Shown: positions 8,860-19,280, counted from the stretch's first letter. The stretch is DNA of 64,000 nucleotides from an uncultured Candidatus Saccharibacteria bacterium (GCA_964505155.1 CAZDGL010000004.1:4110-68109), one strand, 5' to 3'. Notes: generated from the letters alone by a model not told the origin. Made by a program: numbers and translations.

Positions 8860-10284
8860 ATGGATAGAACTTACATTGGAGATTTAGGAACAAAAGCAGG
8901 CGAGAGCGTTCTTATAAAAGGCTGGGTGGATGTGCGTCGTGATCAGGGCAAAATGGTGTTTTTCGATTTTCGGGATATGACTGGCACTATCCAAGGTGTA
9001 GTTCTGCCAAACCGTGCTGAAGTGATAGAGATAGCCAAGACTTGCCGACCAGAGAGCGTGCTAGAAGTACAAGGCATCGTCAACAAGCGCCCAGAGCGCA
9101 ATGTCGTCGCTGACAAAGTAAACGGTGATATTGAGCTTGAAGTGACTGCTATCACTATCCTCAACAACGCAGAACCACTTCCATTTGAAGTGAACATAGA
9201 TACCAAAGATGTGGGTGAAGAGACTCGTCTCAAGTATCGCTATCTCGATCTTCGTAGCGCTCGTATGCAACGCAACATCCGCACTCGTGATGCGGTGATT
9301 CACCATGTGCGAAGTTATCTTCATGATCAAAAGTTTATAGAAGTAGAAACTCCTATCCTTACGAAAAGTACTCCTGAAGGAGCGCGTGACTATGTGGTGC
9401 CATCTCGTTTGTATCCAGGACACTTCTATGCACTTCCGCAATCTCCGCAACAATACAAACAACTCCTTATGTCAGGTGGTATTGAAAGATATTTTCAAAT
9501 AGCAAAATGTATGCGCGATGAAGATGGGCGAGGAGACAGACAGCCAGAGTTTACTCAGCTCGATATGGAAATGTCTTTTGTAAAGCGTGATGATGTGATG
9601 GCACTCAACGAAGCTCTTCTTATAGATATAGTCACCAAGCTTTTCCCAGAAAAACGCATTCAGCAAATTCCATTTCCTCGTATTTCATACAAAGAATCAA
9701 TGGAAAAATACGGCAATGACCGACCAGATATTCGCACTGACAAGGAAGATCCAAACCTTTTGGCTTTTTGCTGGATCGTAGACTTTCCATTTTTTGAGCG
9801 CACCGACAAAAGCGACAACCCACAAGCAGAAGGCGAGTGGACATTTACTCACAACCCATTTTCTCGCCCTATCGAAGAGCACATGAGCGCTCTGATGGAA
9901 AAGAAAGACTTGGCAGATATTTTGACGACACAGTACGACATTTGTCTCAACGGTTATGAGATAGGTGGCGGATCTATCCGTAACCACACATATGAAGCTC
10001 TGGCAAAAGTATTTGAAATCCTTGGACACAAACAAGAAGATATAGAAAACAACTTCGGTCACATGCTTCACGCTTTCAAAACTGGTACTCCGCCACACGG
10101 AGGCATCGCTTGGGGTCTCGATAGATTTCTCATGCTACTTCTAAACGAACCAAACATTCGTGAAGTTATGGCATTTCCAAAGACTGGAGAAGGCAAGGAT
10201 CCGATGATGCAAGCACCTTCTATGATAGCTGACAAACAACTCGATGAGCTTCATTTAGTGCTTAAGAAAATAGATAAGAAATAG
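8860..10284 (+). CDS. aspS: aspartyl-tRNA synthetase, short form apparently lacking the GAD insertion
   Basis: OB-fold N-domain. Class II motifs FRDMTG, QSPQQYKQLLM, GSIRNH and GLDRFLM. The track ORF begins at a TTG at 8800. The ATG at 8860 (MDRTYIGDLG) is the more likely start. Confidence 0.85.
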   Translation: MDRTYIGDLGTKAGESVLIKGWVDVRRDQGKMVFFDFRDMTGTIQGVVLPNRAEVIEIAKTCRPESVLEVQGIVNKRPERNVVADKVNGDIELEVTAITILNNAEPLPFEVNIDTKDVGEETRLKYRYLDLRSARMQRNIRTRDAVIHHVRSYLHDQKFIEVETPILTKSTPEGARDYVVPSRLYPGHFYALPQSPQQYKQLLMSGGIERYFQIAKCMRDEDGRGDRQPEFTQLDMEMSFVKRDDVMALNEALLIDIVTKLFPEKRIQQIPFPRISYKESMEKYGNDRPDIRTDKEDPNLLAFCWIVDFPFFERTDKSDNPQAEGEWTFTHNPFSRPIEEHMSALMEKKDLADILTTQYDICLNGYEIGGGSIRNHTYEALAKVFEILGHKQEDIENNFGHMLHAFKTGTPPHGGIAWGLDRFLMLLLNEPNIREVMAFPKTGEGKDPMMQAPSMIADKQLDELHLVLKKIDKK

Positions 10285-10288
10285 ATCT

Positions 10289-11290
10289 ATGTCAGAGTAT
10301 TTTCCAGGAGTAAATCAAAAGATACAGGAATACGCGCTAAGAATTTTAAACGGTGAAAATCCAGATGATGTCCTTGAGGGAGCAGATGTATTTCGCCCTG
10401 CGGTAGAAGCAGCGGTGGCTGAGTACAGAGAGAAACAAAAACAAAATCTTGAATCACTAAACAATGAAGGCAAAGAACTCTCCATGGAGAATCCAGTAAT
10501 TTCTGAAGAAATAGTCGAACAAAGAGAAAAGGATGAGGAAGAAAAAATAGAAGCCTTAAGATCCGATTTGCAAAAAGAACTTAGTGCAGAACAAACAGAT
10601 CCTTTTGCTCATCAACAGGCATATGAAGGTGCGGGTGAGGACTATAAACAAGGCGTCCAAATATATAACACTTTTATGAATATAGGAAAAGGGATTAGTG
10701 AAGGATTAAAAGAGTCTTTTGATCCAAAGGTACAGCAGTACGTAAATGAAATACGTTCAGGAAAATCAAAAGAGTATGTTCTTGGTGGTGCCCCAAAGAG
10801 TATAGTTGATGCTGTAGAAAAAGAGTTAGCGAAAGATGTTATAAAAAACAGCACAGAAGAGAAAAAAGCATACATAGAAAATTTAGAAGAGTTAAATAAT
10901 AAGTTATCAGATTTATCTAAAGATTATTATTTTCTTACACACCAGACCTACGTTGATTTCGCTGAAAAAATAAATAAAGAAGATTTTTTGTTTCAAGGTG
11001 GAGGTCTTAATACTACTACTCTTGCGCAAGGTCCAGATGGTATTACACTTTCTTTAAAAAAGATGGAAGAAGGTGAGTCACATCGAAACTCTGACAGTAT
11101 GGTAATTTTTGCCATTCCTAAAGAAGAATTTAAGAAGTATTCTGGAGATAGACGATTTGGTCCTGATGAATTTGCTGAAATGTTAATAGACACAAAGTTA
11201 GAAGAGATTAATAAAACAGGGAAACTACGTATACCTCATGAATATGTTCTTGGCGTGTATGAAAAAGGTAAGGGTTTTTTGTTGAATTAA
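10289..11290 (+). CDS. hypothetical acidic protein
   Basis: ORF 4 nt after aspS. No recognisable motif. Confidence 0.45.
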   Translation: MSEYFPGVNQKIQEYALRILNGENPDDVLEGADVFRPAVEAAVAEYREKQKQNLESLNNEGKELSMENPVISEEIVEQREKDEEEKIEALRSDLQKELSAEQTDPFAHQQAYEGAGEDYKQGVQIYNTFMNIGKGISEGLKESFDPKVQQYVNEIRSGKSKEYVLGGAPKSIVDAVEKELAKDVIKNSTEEKKAYIENLEELNNKLSDLSKDYYFLTHQTYVDFAEKINKEDFLFQGGGLNTTTLAQGPDGITLSLKKMEEGESHRNSDSMVIFAIPKEEFKKYSGDRRFGPDEFAEMLIDTKLEEINKTGKLRIPHEYVLGVYEKGKGFLLN

Positions 11291-11335
11291 GTAGGTAGAT
11301 TCCGGACAGTTTTCTTTCGAAAACTGCATAGAAAA

Positions 11336-11360
11336 ACCCCGCAAGGTGCGGGGCTGGTTT
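11336..11360. terminator. terminator, mainly for the minus-strand gene
   Basis: Stem ccccgca / tgcgggg with a T-run on the minus strand. Confidence 0.5.
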
Positions 11361-11664
11361 AATTGGTTGAGTAAAATGAAAGGTGAGCTTCTTTAAGATA
11401 GCTTACTGCTTCTTCCAAACTATTCCCTTTGTAATTCTGAAATGGACTCTCTACTCTCAAAAGAGTTTTTTCTTCTGTTGTTTTTTCGCAAGAACCTTGG
11501 AAAAAAGTAGTTCCTTCAGATGAGTTATTCCGATCTTTGAAGCAGAGCTCTTCTGTTGCCACATTTTCTTTATACTCAATACCAAGTTCATCACAGGCTT
11601 TTTTAAAACCTGTAAAAATTTCTGAATGTCTCATATTGTTTTTTTGTGATTCTAGCACAGCCAT
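11359..11664 (-). CDS. hypothetical protein
   Basis: ORF with its own terminator. No motif recognised. Confidence 0.4.
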   Translation of the reverse strand: MAVLESQKNNMRHSEIFTGFKKACDELGIEYKENVATEELCFKDRNNSSEGTTFFQGSCEKTTEEKTLLRVESPFQNYKGNSLEEAVSYLKEAHLSFYSTN

Positions 11665-11721
11665 AAAAAGGTTGCCATAACCTCGAAAAAAGCTTAGAAA
11701 TCAGCTATAATTACAGAACAA

Positions 11722-12498
11722 ATGGAAACTGAAAGCTTACAATTTCAAGTGAAGCACGAAGTATTTGAAGGACCGATAGAGGTCCTCCTTGAGCTCATCG
11801 AAAAGCGTAAACTTTTTGTCAACGACATTTCTCTCGCTAGTGTTACTGATGACTTTATCTCTTATATCCAAAATCGTGGGATGCATCCAGAATATGTCGC
11901 GTCATTCTTATCTGTGGCAGCAACACTACTTCTTATCAAAGCTCGTTCACTTCTACCAAACCTCGAGCTTACAACCGAAGAGAGTGAGTCTATCACCGAA
12001 CTCGAGCGTCGTGTTGCTCTGTACCAAATAGTCTCTGAAGCTTCCAAGTGGCTCTCAGCAAAATACGGCAAAAAAATATGCTTCGAAGGATCTCCTAGAC
12101 TCTCTGGTGTAGTTTTTGCGCCAGATGCAAAGCTTTTGGCAAGTGATTTACCAGGACTTATCTTTGATGTGGCTCTCAAGGTTCCACCACCAAAACCCAA
12201 ACAAGTAGAAGCGCGGGTTTACAAAACTATCTCTATTTCTGAAGTTATCAATACTTTGCATGAGAGGATAGAGAGGGCGCTCAGTGTAAACTTTAGCGAC
12301 ATCGCTCTCCAAGCCGAAGGTACAGATCAAAAAGAAAAAAAGGTCTATGTCATAGTGTCTTTTCTTGGTATGCTAGAGCTAGTTCGTAGAGGATTTGTCG
12401 AGGCCGAGCAGGAGGGAAGTTTCCAAAACATTCGCCTCCAAAAACAAGAACAAAAGCCCTCAGAGAATCTTGAAAAAATAGAGGAGTCATATGAATAA
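11722..12498 (+). CDS. scpA: segregation and condensation protein A
   Basis: FEGPIEVLLELIEKRKLFVNDISLASVTDDFISYI is the ScpA N-terminus. The gene overlaps the start of scpB. Confidence 0.8.
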   Translation: METESLQFQVKHEVFEGPIEVLLELIEKRKLFVNDISLASVTDDFISYIQNRGMHPEYVASFLSVAATLLLIKARSLLPNLELTTEESESITELERRVALYQIVSEASKWLSAKYGKKICFEGSPRLSGVVFAPDAKLLASDLPGLIFDVALKVPPPKPKQVEARVYKTISISEVINTLHERIERALSVNFSDIALQAEGTDQKEKKVYVIVSFLGMLELVRRGFVEAEQEGSFQNIRLQKQEQKPSENLEKIEESYE

Positions 12499-13027
12499 TA
12501 AATTATCACAACAAATAGAAAGCTTACTTTTTGCGACTGCCGAAGCTCAGAGTTACAAGAGCTTGGCAGAGAGACTAAATGTCACTTTGGAGGAGGTCAA
12601 AAGCGCACTAGAGGAATTGGAAAAGTCTTTGGAAGGGCATGCTATGGCTCTCGTGCGTGATGGCGAAAGTGTGTCTATGGTCACGCGCAGTGAACACAGT
12701 GCTCTTATAGAAGCTATCCAAAAAGATGCTTTGTCCAAAGAGCTTTCCAAGGCCAGTGCTGAAACTCTCTCTATCATTTCTTACCAAGCTGGCATTTCCA
12801 AAGCGCAGATAGAGTTCATCCGCGGGGTCAATGTCTCTTACTCACTTAGAGCACTCTCTATGAGAGGGCTTATCGAGGCCCGTGGCTCTGGTAGGTCTGT
12901 CGGATATTATCCAACTCTTCAAATGCTTGAGCACTTTGGGGTCAGCAAGGTAGAGGAGTTGCCACAGTTCACTGAAACCTCAGAAAAAATCAAAAAATTA
13001 TTAACACAAGAGTCACAAGAAGAATAA
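12491..13027 (+). CDS. scpB: segregation and condensation protein B
   Basis: IESLLFATAEA...TLSIISYQAGISKAQIEFIRGV has ScpB winged-helix motifs. Confidence 0.8.
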   Translation: MNNKLSQQIESLLFATAEAQSYKSLAERLNVTLEEVKSALEELEKSLEGHAMALVRDGESVSMVTRSEHSALIEAIQKDALSKELSKASAETLSIISYQAGISKAQIEFIRGVNVSYSLRALSMRGLIEARGSGRSVGYYPTLQMLEHFGVSKVEELPQFTETSEKIKKLLTQESQEE

Positions 13028-13028
13028 T

Positions 13029-14087
13029 ATGCAAAGCATCCAAATCCTAAACGTTGTCAAAATTTTCTTACCTACTGCACTAACTTTTGCTATAGGTATT
13101 TTGCTTACGCCTAGACTTACTGCTTTGATGTACAAACATAAGCTTTGGAGAAAAAAGAAAAGAACTGAAGATTCTGAAATAACAAACAAAGACTTTGCAA
13201 AAGTAAATGACGGTATCGCTGAGACTTCTACTCCGCGGGTGGGAGGGGTAATCATTTGGCTTGCTGTTACTCTCTCTATATTTATAATGTGGTTTATTTC
13301 CAAAGCTTTTCCTTCAGATCTCTCTAGTAAGTTAGACTTTTTGAGTCGTGGACAAACTTTGGTACCGTTAGCTTCTTTGCTCCTTGGCGCTTTTGTTGGT
13401 CTAGTAGATGATTGGGCTCAGATTCGCGGAGTTGTAGAGAGTTTGAATCATCGCAGGGTTAAGATTTTGGTAGTTATGGTCATCGGAGCTTTGATAGGCG
13501 CTTGGTTTTATTTTAAGCTCGGTATCACTTCAGTAGCTATACCTTTTGCTGGTCATATCGCACTTGGCTGGTTATTTATACCGTTTTTTGTTGTTGTTAT
13601 GGTGGCGGTTTTCTCAGGTAGTGTCATAGACGGTATGGATGGTTTAGCTGGTGGGGTGCTAGCTATTATCTTTGCTTCTTATGCAGCGATAGCCTATGGC
13701 AAGAATTTGGTCGATATCGCTGCTCTTTGCGGAGTGATTTCTGGAGGGATACTAGCTTTTCTTTGGTTCAACATTCCACCAGCTCGGTTTTATATGGGGG
13801 AGACGGGGATACTTGGGCTTTTGGTTGTTTTGACTGTCGTGGCATTCCTCACTGATACTGTTTTTGTTTTGCCGATTATCGCTTTTCCTTTGGTGGCTAC
13901 AACTGCTTCAAATATTATTCAAATCACAAGTTATAAATACTTTGGAAAGCGTCGAGTTTTCAAGATTGCACCACTGCACCATCATTTTCATGCTCTTGGT
14001 TGGCCTCGAGAAAAGGTTGTGATGAGATACTGGGTGGTTTCTGTTGTTTGCGCTGTTTTGGGCATAGTAGTAGCTCTTATTGGTTAA
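13029..14087 (+). CDS. mraY: phospho-N-acetylmuramoyl-pentapeptide transferase
   Basis: Motifs TPRVGGVII, LVDDWAQIRG and DGMDGLAGG, with a polytopic membrane profile. Confidence 0.85.
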   Translation: MQSIQILNVVKIFLPTALTFAIGILLTPRLTALMYKHKLWRKKKRTEDSEITNKDFAKVNDGIAETSTPRVGGVIIWLAVTLSIFIMWFISKAFPSDLSSKLDFLSRGQTLVPLASLLLGAFVGLVDDWAQIRGVVESLNHRRVKILVVMVIGALIGAWFYFKLGITSVAIPFAGHIALGWLFIPFFVVVMVAVFSGSVIDGMDGLAGGVLAIIFASYAAIAYGKNLVDIAALCGVISGGILAFLWFNIPPARFYMGETGILGLLVVLTVVAFLTDTVFVLPIIAFPLVATTASNIIQITSYKYFGKRRVFKIAPLHHHFHALGWPREKVVMRYWVVSVVCAVLGIVVALIG

Positions 14088-14093
14088 GCTGTT

Positions 14094-15224
14094 ATGAATA
14101 TATTTAAAAATTCAATACAAAAACAAGAACCTTTTGATAAATACTTTTTTTGGATAGTTATGCTGATCTCGGGTCTTGGGCTTTTATCTTTTGTCTCGGC
14201 TTCTTTGGGGATACTCGCCAAAAGTGAAAGCAAGTTTTATGGAGTGCTCTTTAACCAAATAGTTTTAGGATTTATTTTGGGGTTTTTGGTTTTGTGGGTC
14301 TTTGCGCGGATACCATATACTTTTTGGCGTAAGTATTCTTTTTATATTTTTTTGGGAGCTGTCATTCTCACTCTTTGTGTTTTTGTCCCTGGACTTGGTT
14401 TTGAGCACGGTGGAGCAAGGCGCTGGATATCTATAGGTCCTATATCTTTTCAACCAGCAGAAGCACTCAAAATAGCTTTTGTGATTTATTTTTCTGCTTG
14501 GCTAGCTTGGACTCGGAAGCGCCAAGAAGATATAAAGTTTCGCATTATTCCTCTTTTTGTAATACTAGCAGTTGTAGCTTCTTCGCTTTTGTTTCAGCCG
14601 GATACCAAAAGTCTTATCCTCATCACCATCTCTGCTTGTGGCATGCTCTTTACTTCTGGAGTTTCTTGGAAAAAAATAATAATCATCGGAGTTATTGGTT
14701 TTGGGGCGATCACTGTGCTTGCCTTTGTCCGGCCTTATGTTATGGAACGTATCAAAACCTTCATCAATCCCGCTAGTGATCCTAGAGGCTCTTCCTATCA
14801 ACTCCAACAATCTTTGATAGCTATTGGCTCCGGCGGAGCCTTTGGCCGAGGATTGGGACAAAGTGTACAAAAATTCAACTATCTACCAGAGCCTCAAGGA
14901 GACTCTATCTTTGCGGTGATAGGAGAGGAGTTTGGGTTTTTGGGAACAACCCTTTTGCTCACCTTGTATGTATTTTTTGCAATTCGAGGATTTAAGATTG
15001 CTTTGCGAGCGCCTGATACATTTTCTCGTTATTTGGTAGTAGGGCTGGTCACTCTTTTGACTGCGCAATCATTTCTAAACATCACTTCATTAGTTGGGCT
15101 TTTCCCGCTCACTGGTGTACCTCTGGTCTTTATAAGTCACGGCGGGACTGCTTTGATGGTCGCTTTGGGGGCAGTAGGAATCATTTTAAACGTGTCTCGA
15201 TACAACAAAAAGACTGTAGTATAA
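14094..15224 (+). CDS. ftsW: SEDS-family peptidoglycan polymerase (FtsW/RodA), here in the FtsW position
   Basis: GARRWISIGPISFQPAEALKI. The gene sits between mraY and murG. Confidence 0.8.
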   Translation: MNIFKNSIQKQEPFDKYFFWIVMLISGLGLLSFVSASLGILAKSESKFYGVLFNQIVLGFILGFLVLWVFARIPYTFWRKYSFYIFLGAVILTLCVFVPGLGFEHGGARRWISIGPISFQPAEALKIAFVIYFSAWLAWTRKRQEDIKFRIIPLFVILAVVASSLLFQPDTKSLILITISACGMLFTSGVSWKKIIIIGVIGFGAITVLAFVRPYVMERIKTFINPASDPRGSSYQLQQSLIAIGSGGAFGRGLGQSVQKFNYLPEPQGDSIFAVIGEEFGFLGTTLLLTLYVFFAIRGFKIALRAPDTFSRYLVVGLVTLLTAQSFLNITSLVGLFPLTGVPLVFISHGGTALMVALGAVGIILNVSRYNKKTVV

Positions 15225-15234
15225 TGAAAGAACG

Positions 15235-16362
15235 ATGAAAATTTTACTTACAGGAGGCGGAACTGGCGGGCACATATATCCACTTTTTGCTATTGCAGAG
15301 GAGATCAACCGTATTGCTGACCAAGAGAGACTGCTCAATCTCAAGCTATATTTTGCTTCAGATGGCATTTATGACAAAGATGAACTCGAAAGACAGTTCA
15401 TAAAGTTTGTTCCTATCACCGCTGGTAAGCTCAGAGTCAAACCTTCCCTTAGAACTATTTGGGATATGTCTAAGATGGGCTTTGGAGTTATTAGAGCTTT
15501 ATTTACAATTTTTAGGATTTATCCTGATGTTGTGATCAGTAAGGGGGGCTATGTTAGTTTTCCAGTGCTATTTGCTGCGAGACTTTTGCGCATCCCAGTG
15601 ATAATCCATGAGTCAGATACTGTTCCAGGTAGAGTAAATATCTGGTCTGGTAAATTTGCCAAAAAGGTCGCTCTCTCTTTTTCTGAAGCTGCTAGCTACT
15701 TTGATCCAGCCAAAGTCTCAGTCACAGGTCAACCAGTGCGCAGATCCATCATCTCCGCTTCCAAAGAAAGTGGTGATCAGTTTTTTGACCTCGATCCCGA
15801 GCTACCAACTATCGGCATCTTTGCTGGTAGCCAAGGTGCCAAGGTGATAAATGATGTTATCTTGAGGATCTTGCCAGATCTTTTACAAAAATATCAAGTA
15901 CTTCACCAAACAGGCCCCAAAAACTTTGAAGAAGTCAAAACTGATGTTGGGGTGATCATGGGTGATGACATTCGCCGAGCCCGCTACAAACCTTTTGCCT
16001 TTTTAAGTGATGTTCAAACCAAGATGTTTGGTGGGTCAGCAGATATTATCATTGGTCGCTCTGGAAGCTCTCTCTTTGAGATTTCGGCTTGGGGCAAACC
16101 TTCTATCTTGGTTCCTTATGCGCTAGCTCATGGCGATCACCAAAGGAAAAATGCTTATCACTATGCTAGAAGCGGTGCTTGTATCGTAGTAGAAGAGGCC
16201 AACCTGACTCCTAGTGTCTTGACTCATGAAATAGAAAATCTTTTGGGCAATCCAGAAAAGTACAGCACTATGTCTAGTCGTGCCAAAGCTTTCTTCAAGC
16301 CTGATGCTGCCAGAGAAATAGCCATAGAAGCTATCAAGATAGGACTAGAGCACGAAAAATAA
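15235..16362 (+). CDS. murG: undecaprenyldiphospho-muramoylpentapeptide beta-N-acetylglucosaminyltransferase
   Basis: Opens MKILLTGGGTGGHIYPLFAI. GT28 C-terminal domain. Confidence 0.85.
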   Translation: MKILLTGGGTGGHIYPLFAIAEEINRIADQERLLNLKLYFASDGIYDKDELERQFIKFVPITAGKLRVKPSLRTIWDMSKMGFGVIRALFTIFRIYPDVVISKGGYVSFPVLFAARLLRIPVIIHESDTVPGRVNIWSGKFAKKVALSFSEAASYFDPAKVSVTGQPVRRSIISASKESGDQFFDLDPELPTIGIFAGSQGAKVINDVILRILPDLLQKYQVLHQTGPKNFEEVKTDVGVIMGDDIRRARYKPFAFLSDVQTKMFGGSADIIIGRSGSSLFEISAWGKPSILVPYALAHGDHQRKNAYHYARSGACIVVEEANLTPSVLTHEIENLLGNPEKYSTMSSRAKAFFKPDAAREIAIEAIKIGLEHEK

Positions 16363-16365
16363 AAA

Positions 16366-16406
16366 AAGACTCGACACATTTTGATTTTATAGTGTCGAGG
16401 CTTTTG
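16366..16406. terminator. bidirectional terminator
   Basis: Stem ctcgacac / gtgtcgag with T-runs on both strands. Confidence 0.55.
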
Positions 16407-16408
16407 AG

Positions 16409-16750
16409 TTACGCTTTTCTTTTAAATATCCATATTTTTTTGCCTGGAGTCATATAGCTTATAACCCACACAGTTAAAGGTATAAAAATTTTATACCCTC
16501 CAAATATTAAACTCATTCTTTTAGCAGTTTTAAAGTCAGCTAAAAATGATAGTCCTATAAAAAATAAAACAATAAGACCTATCCCTGAAGCAAAACTCCA
16601 ATAACGATCTTTCGCACGCTCTGTTTGAATATTAGGGCATGCTTTATATGTAGCGTATTGATCAGCGTGCTGAGCTATAAAAAGAAGGTTTATAATTGCA
16701 AATAATATACTAATTACGGCAAAGATTATAGATAAATATGTACTTATCAT
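16409..16750 (-). CDS. hypothetical small membrane protein
   Basis: The ORF was trimmed to an internal Met (MISTYLSIIF) because the longer track ORF would overlap the gltX start. It has 3-4 TM helices. Confidence 0.4.
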   Translation of the reverse strand: MISTYLSIIFAVISILFAIINLLFIAQHADQYATYKACPNIQTERAKDRYWSFASGIGLIVLFFIGLSFLADFKTAKRMSLIFGGYKIFIPLTVWVISYMTPGKKIWIFKRKA

Positions 16751-16825
16751 AATACAAAAGATTTCTTTAACTTTATACTTTTTTCTGTTTTTGTCAAAAA
16801 AGCCTTTATTTGCTAAAGTGTTTGT

Positions 16826-18163
16826 ATGGAAAACACTCAAAAAGTTGTCACTCGCTTTGCCCCAAGTCCGACAGGCCACATGCATGCAGGGAGCTATCGA
16901 ACTGCCTTTTTTGCTTATCTTTTTGCTAAGCGTCATGGGGGCAAGTTTATTTTGCGTATTGAAGACACTGACAAGGAACGCTCAAAGGATGAATATACAC
17001 AAGAGATATTTAGTGTTTTTGAAAAGATCGGCATCTCTTACGATGAAAAATATATTCAGTCTGAAAATCTAAATCGCCACAAAGAAGTCCTTCAAAAGCT
17101 TATCGCCGAAGACAAAGCCTACATTTCGCGTGAAGAAGCCAAAGACGGAAGTGGCACAATCAAAGATATTATTCGTTTTCGCAACCCAGGAAAGGTTGTG
17201 ACTTTTAATGATTTGATACGCGGACCTATATCTACCGACACTACCGATCTTGGAGATTTTGTTATCGCTAAAAACATAGATGAACCACTTTTTCATTTAG
17301 CTGTGGTAGTAGATGATCACGATGAAGGTGTCAATCATGTCATAAGAGCTGAAGAGCACATTGCCAACACTCCAAGACAGATATTGATTCATGAAGCGCT
17401 AGGGTTTGAGATTCCAAAGTACGCTCATTTGCCTCTTGTTTTGGCACCTGACAAAACAAAAATGTCCAAAAGAAAAGGAGCAATACCTGTTGTTGAATAC
17501 TTACAAATGGGTTATTTACCGGAAGCTCTTTTAAACGCTATTTGTTTGTGTGGATGGAATCCTGGAACTGAGCAAGAAATATTTTCTCGAGAAGAATTAG
17601 AAAAGATATTTGACTTAGACAAGGTTCAAAAGTCCGGAGCAGTCTTTGGTGAAGATAAACTCGCTTGGTTCAATAGGGAATACATCAAGAAGCTCTCCCA
17701 AGAAGAGTTTTGGTCTTATGCTCACCATGGGCTCTTTGGAAGTATCATTCAAAACGAACCATCGCATCATGAGATTTTGAAAAAAATAGAACCTCTCATT
17801 CGTGATCGCATGGTCAAGTTCTCTGATATGCAAACATTTTTTGGGCGTGCTGATGGTAGCACTGTTGGAGAATTTGATTATTTCTTCAAAGCGCCAAAAG
17901 TAGACGAGAAGATAGTGGCTTGGAAAGATTCAAGTTTGGAAAAAGCTCGTGAGTATTTGAAAGCGATAAAGTCACTCTTGGAACCTCTGGAAGCGTGGGA
18001 TTATGAAAGTATAAAAAATGCAGTTTGGTCTTATGCCGATCAAGAGGGTAGAGGTGCGGTCTTGTGGCCTATGCGGGTCGCTCTCTCCGGACGAGAAAAG
18101 TCTCCAGACCCATTTGAGATAGCAAGTATCTTGGGCAAAGAAGAGACATTGAAAAGATTATAA
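16826..18163 (+). CDS. gltX: glutamyl-tRNA synthetase (short form)
   Basis: Motifs PSPTGHMHAG and KMSKRKG. 445 aa. Confidence 0.9.
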   Translation: MENTQKVVTRFAPSPTGHMHAGSYRTAFFAYLFAKRHGGKFILRIEDTDKERSKDEYTQEIFSVFEKIGISYDEKYIQSENLNRHKEVLQKLIAEDKAYISREEAKDGSGTIKDIIRFRNPGKVVTFNDLIRGPISTDTTDLGDFVIAKNIDEPLFHLAVVVDDHDEGVNHVIRAEEHIANTPRQILIHEALGFEIPKYAHLPLVLAPDKTKMSKRKGAIPVVEYLQMGYLPEALLNAICLCGWNPGTEQEIFSREELEKIFDLDKVQKSGAVFGEDKLAWFNREYIKKLSQEEFWSYAHHGLFGSIIQNEPSHHEILKKIEPLIRDRMVKFSDMQTFFGRADGSTVGEFDYFFKAPKVDEKIVAWKDSSLEKAREYLKAIKSLLEPLEAWDYESIKNAVWSYADQEGRGAVLWPMRVALSGREKSPDPFEIASILGKEETLKRL

Positions 18164-18171
18164 AAATAAAT

Positions 18172-18205
18172 AACCCCCAACACTTTATGTTGGGGGCCTT
18201 TGATA
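18172..18205 (+). terminator. rho-independent terminator
   Basis: Stem cccccaaca / tgttggggg followed by a weak T-run. Confidence 0.5.
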
Positions 18206-18209
18206 GCTT

Positions 18210-18467
18210 TCAAATTGGCTCCATAGGGGGCCGAAAATTCCACCTTTTAGCAAACCACTTTTTCTTGGTTGCTTTTGTGGATTTGTTATACACAATGTAG
18301 TCATGGTCTAACTCCATACCCTGATTAGCAGGAATAGTTTTCGTGCTGTTGGCGGGGGTTATTGCGACCATAGAAAGTGGGGCAGATTCGCCCTTTATCA
18401 CCGGTATATCTTTTTCCAAGGCTACCAAAAATAATTTTGCAAAAATAAATAAGATTACTGTTTGCAT
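18210..18467 (-). CDS. hypothetical protein
   Basis: ORF with a plausible TTGACA-17-TACACT promoter on the minus strand around 18500-18530. Confidence 0.3.
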   Translation of the reverse strand: MQTVILFIFAKLFLVALEKDIPVIKGESAPLSMVAITPANSTKTIPANQGMELDHDYIVYNKSTKATKKKWFAKRWNFRPPMEPI

Positions 18468-18608
18468 AATTTTTGGTTTGAGGGTTAAACAACTGTTCTA
18501 AGTACAGTGTAGCATATAGCTAGTATTTTGTCAATAGCTGTTATTTTAGCTAATCTTTTGCTAGTATACGGACGATATTTCGTATTGTTCATTATTAAAT
18601 TTTAAGAG

Positions 18609-19247
18609 ATGCCGGAAGGATATATCTTCAACCAGGATGATTTTGATCGGTTCACAAAAGTAATGCTTGCCATCGGCTTTACTCCTATCAAGTATAAAAA
18701 GGGTATGCAGGAAGGCTTTGAGTATTTCAACAATGGTCTGAGAATCAAGGTTTGGACTACTTTTGATCGTGATCAAGGACGAACCAGAGAAAAAGGTACT
18801 GGTAAAGTTATCACTTTTGAAAGCAATAGGTTTGTATATATGGGGACTTGTAAAAAAAGAACAAAGTTCTTTTTCGAAAACCTCTTTATATATGCTCTGG
18901 CAGCTAAACAAAGAGTCGACAATAGGCCTACTTCAAAATGTGGTAAGCTGATGAACATTTATCAGGGGGAAGTAAAGCAGAAAGAAGGTAGCGAGGAGAA
19001 AAACACTTCCAAGCGCCGTTGTTTCTGGATTTGTCCTATCAAGACCCATCGTCACAAAGATGGCTGTCCAGCAAAACCATGGTCTCTGGGTCTCTCCAAT
19101 GAAGTTCTCTCTATCATGGTCAAGAAATGGGATAAAGCTGAAGCTTATTACAACAAGCTTCGCGCAGAAGACAAAGAAGTCAATGTCTTTTTGAAGATCC
19201 GCAGGTCTTGGCAAGAGAAGTATGGAGAGTTTGAAAAAGCTGCGTAA
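18609..19247 (+). CDS. hypothetical protein with a Cys/His cluster
   Basis: CGKLMN...CFWICP..HRHKDGCP. No family recognised. Has its own terminator. Confidence 0.5.
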   Translation: MPEGYIFNQDDFDRFTKVMLAIGFTPIKYKKGMQEGFEYFNNGLRIKVWTTFDRDQGRTREKGTGKVITFESNRFVYMGTCKKRTKFFFENLFIYALAAKQRVDNRPTSKCGKLMNIYQGEVKQKEGSEEKNTSKRRCFWICPIKTHRHKDGCPAKPWSLGLSNEVLSIMVKKWDKAEAYYNKLRAEDKEVNVFLKIRRSWQEKYGEFEKAA

Positions 19248-19252
19248 GTCAT

Positions 19253-19280
19253 AAGCCCGTTATCACGGGCTTTTTTATTT
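19253..19280 (+). terminator. rho-independent terminator
   Basis: gcccgt-tatc-acgggc followed by T6. Confidence 0.75.

Noticed and set aside
8723-8862. T-box riboswitch upstream of aspS
   Set aside because: The leader is too short (about 60-110 nt) and no T-box consensus (AATTAGGGTGG...) or specifier-loop architecture is seen.
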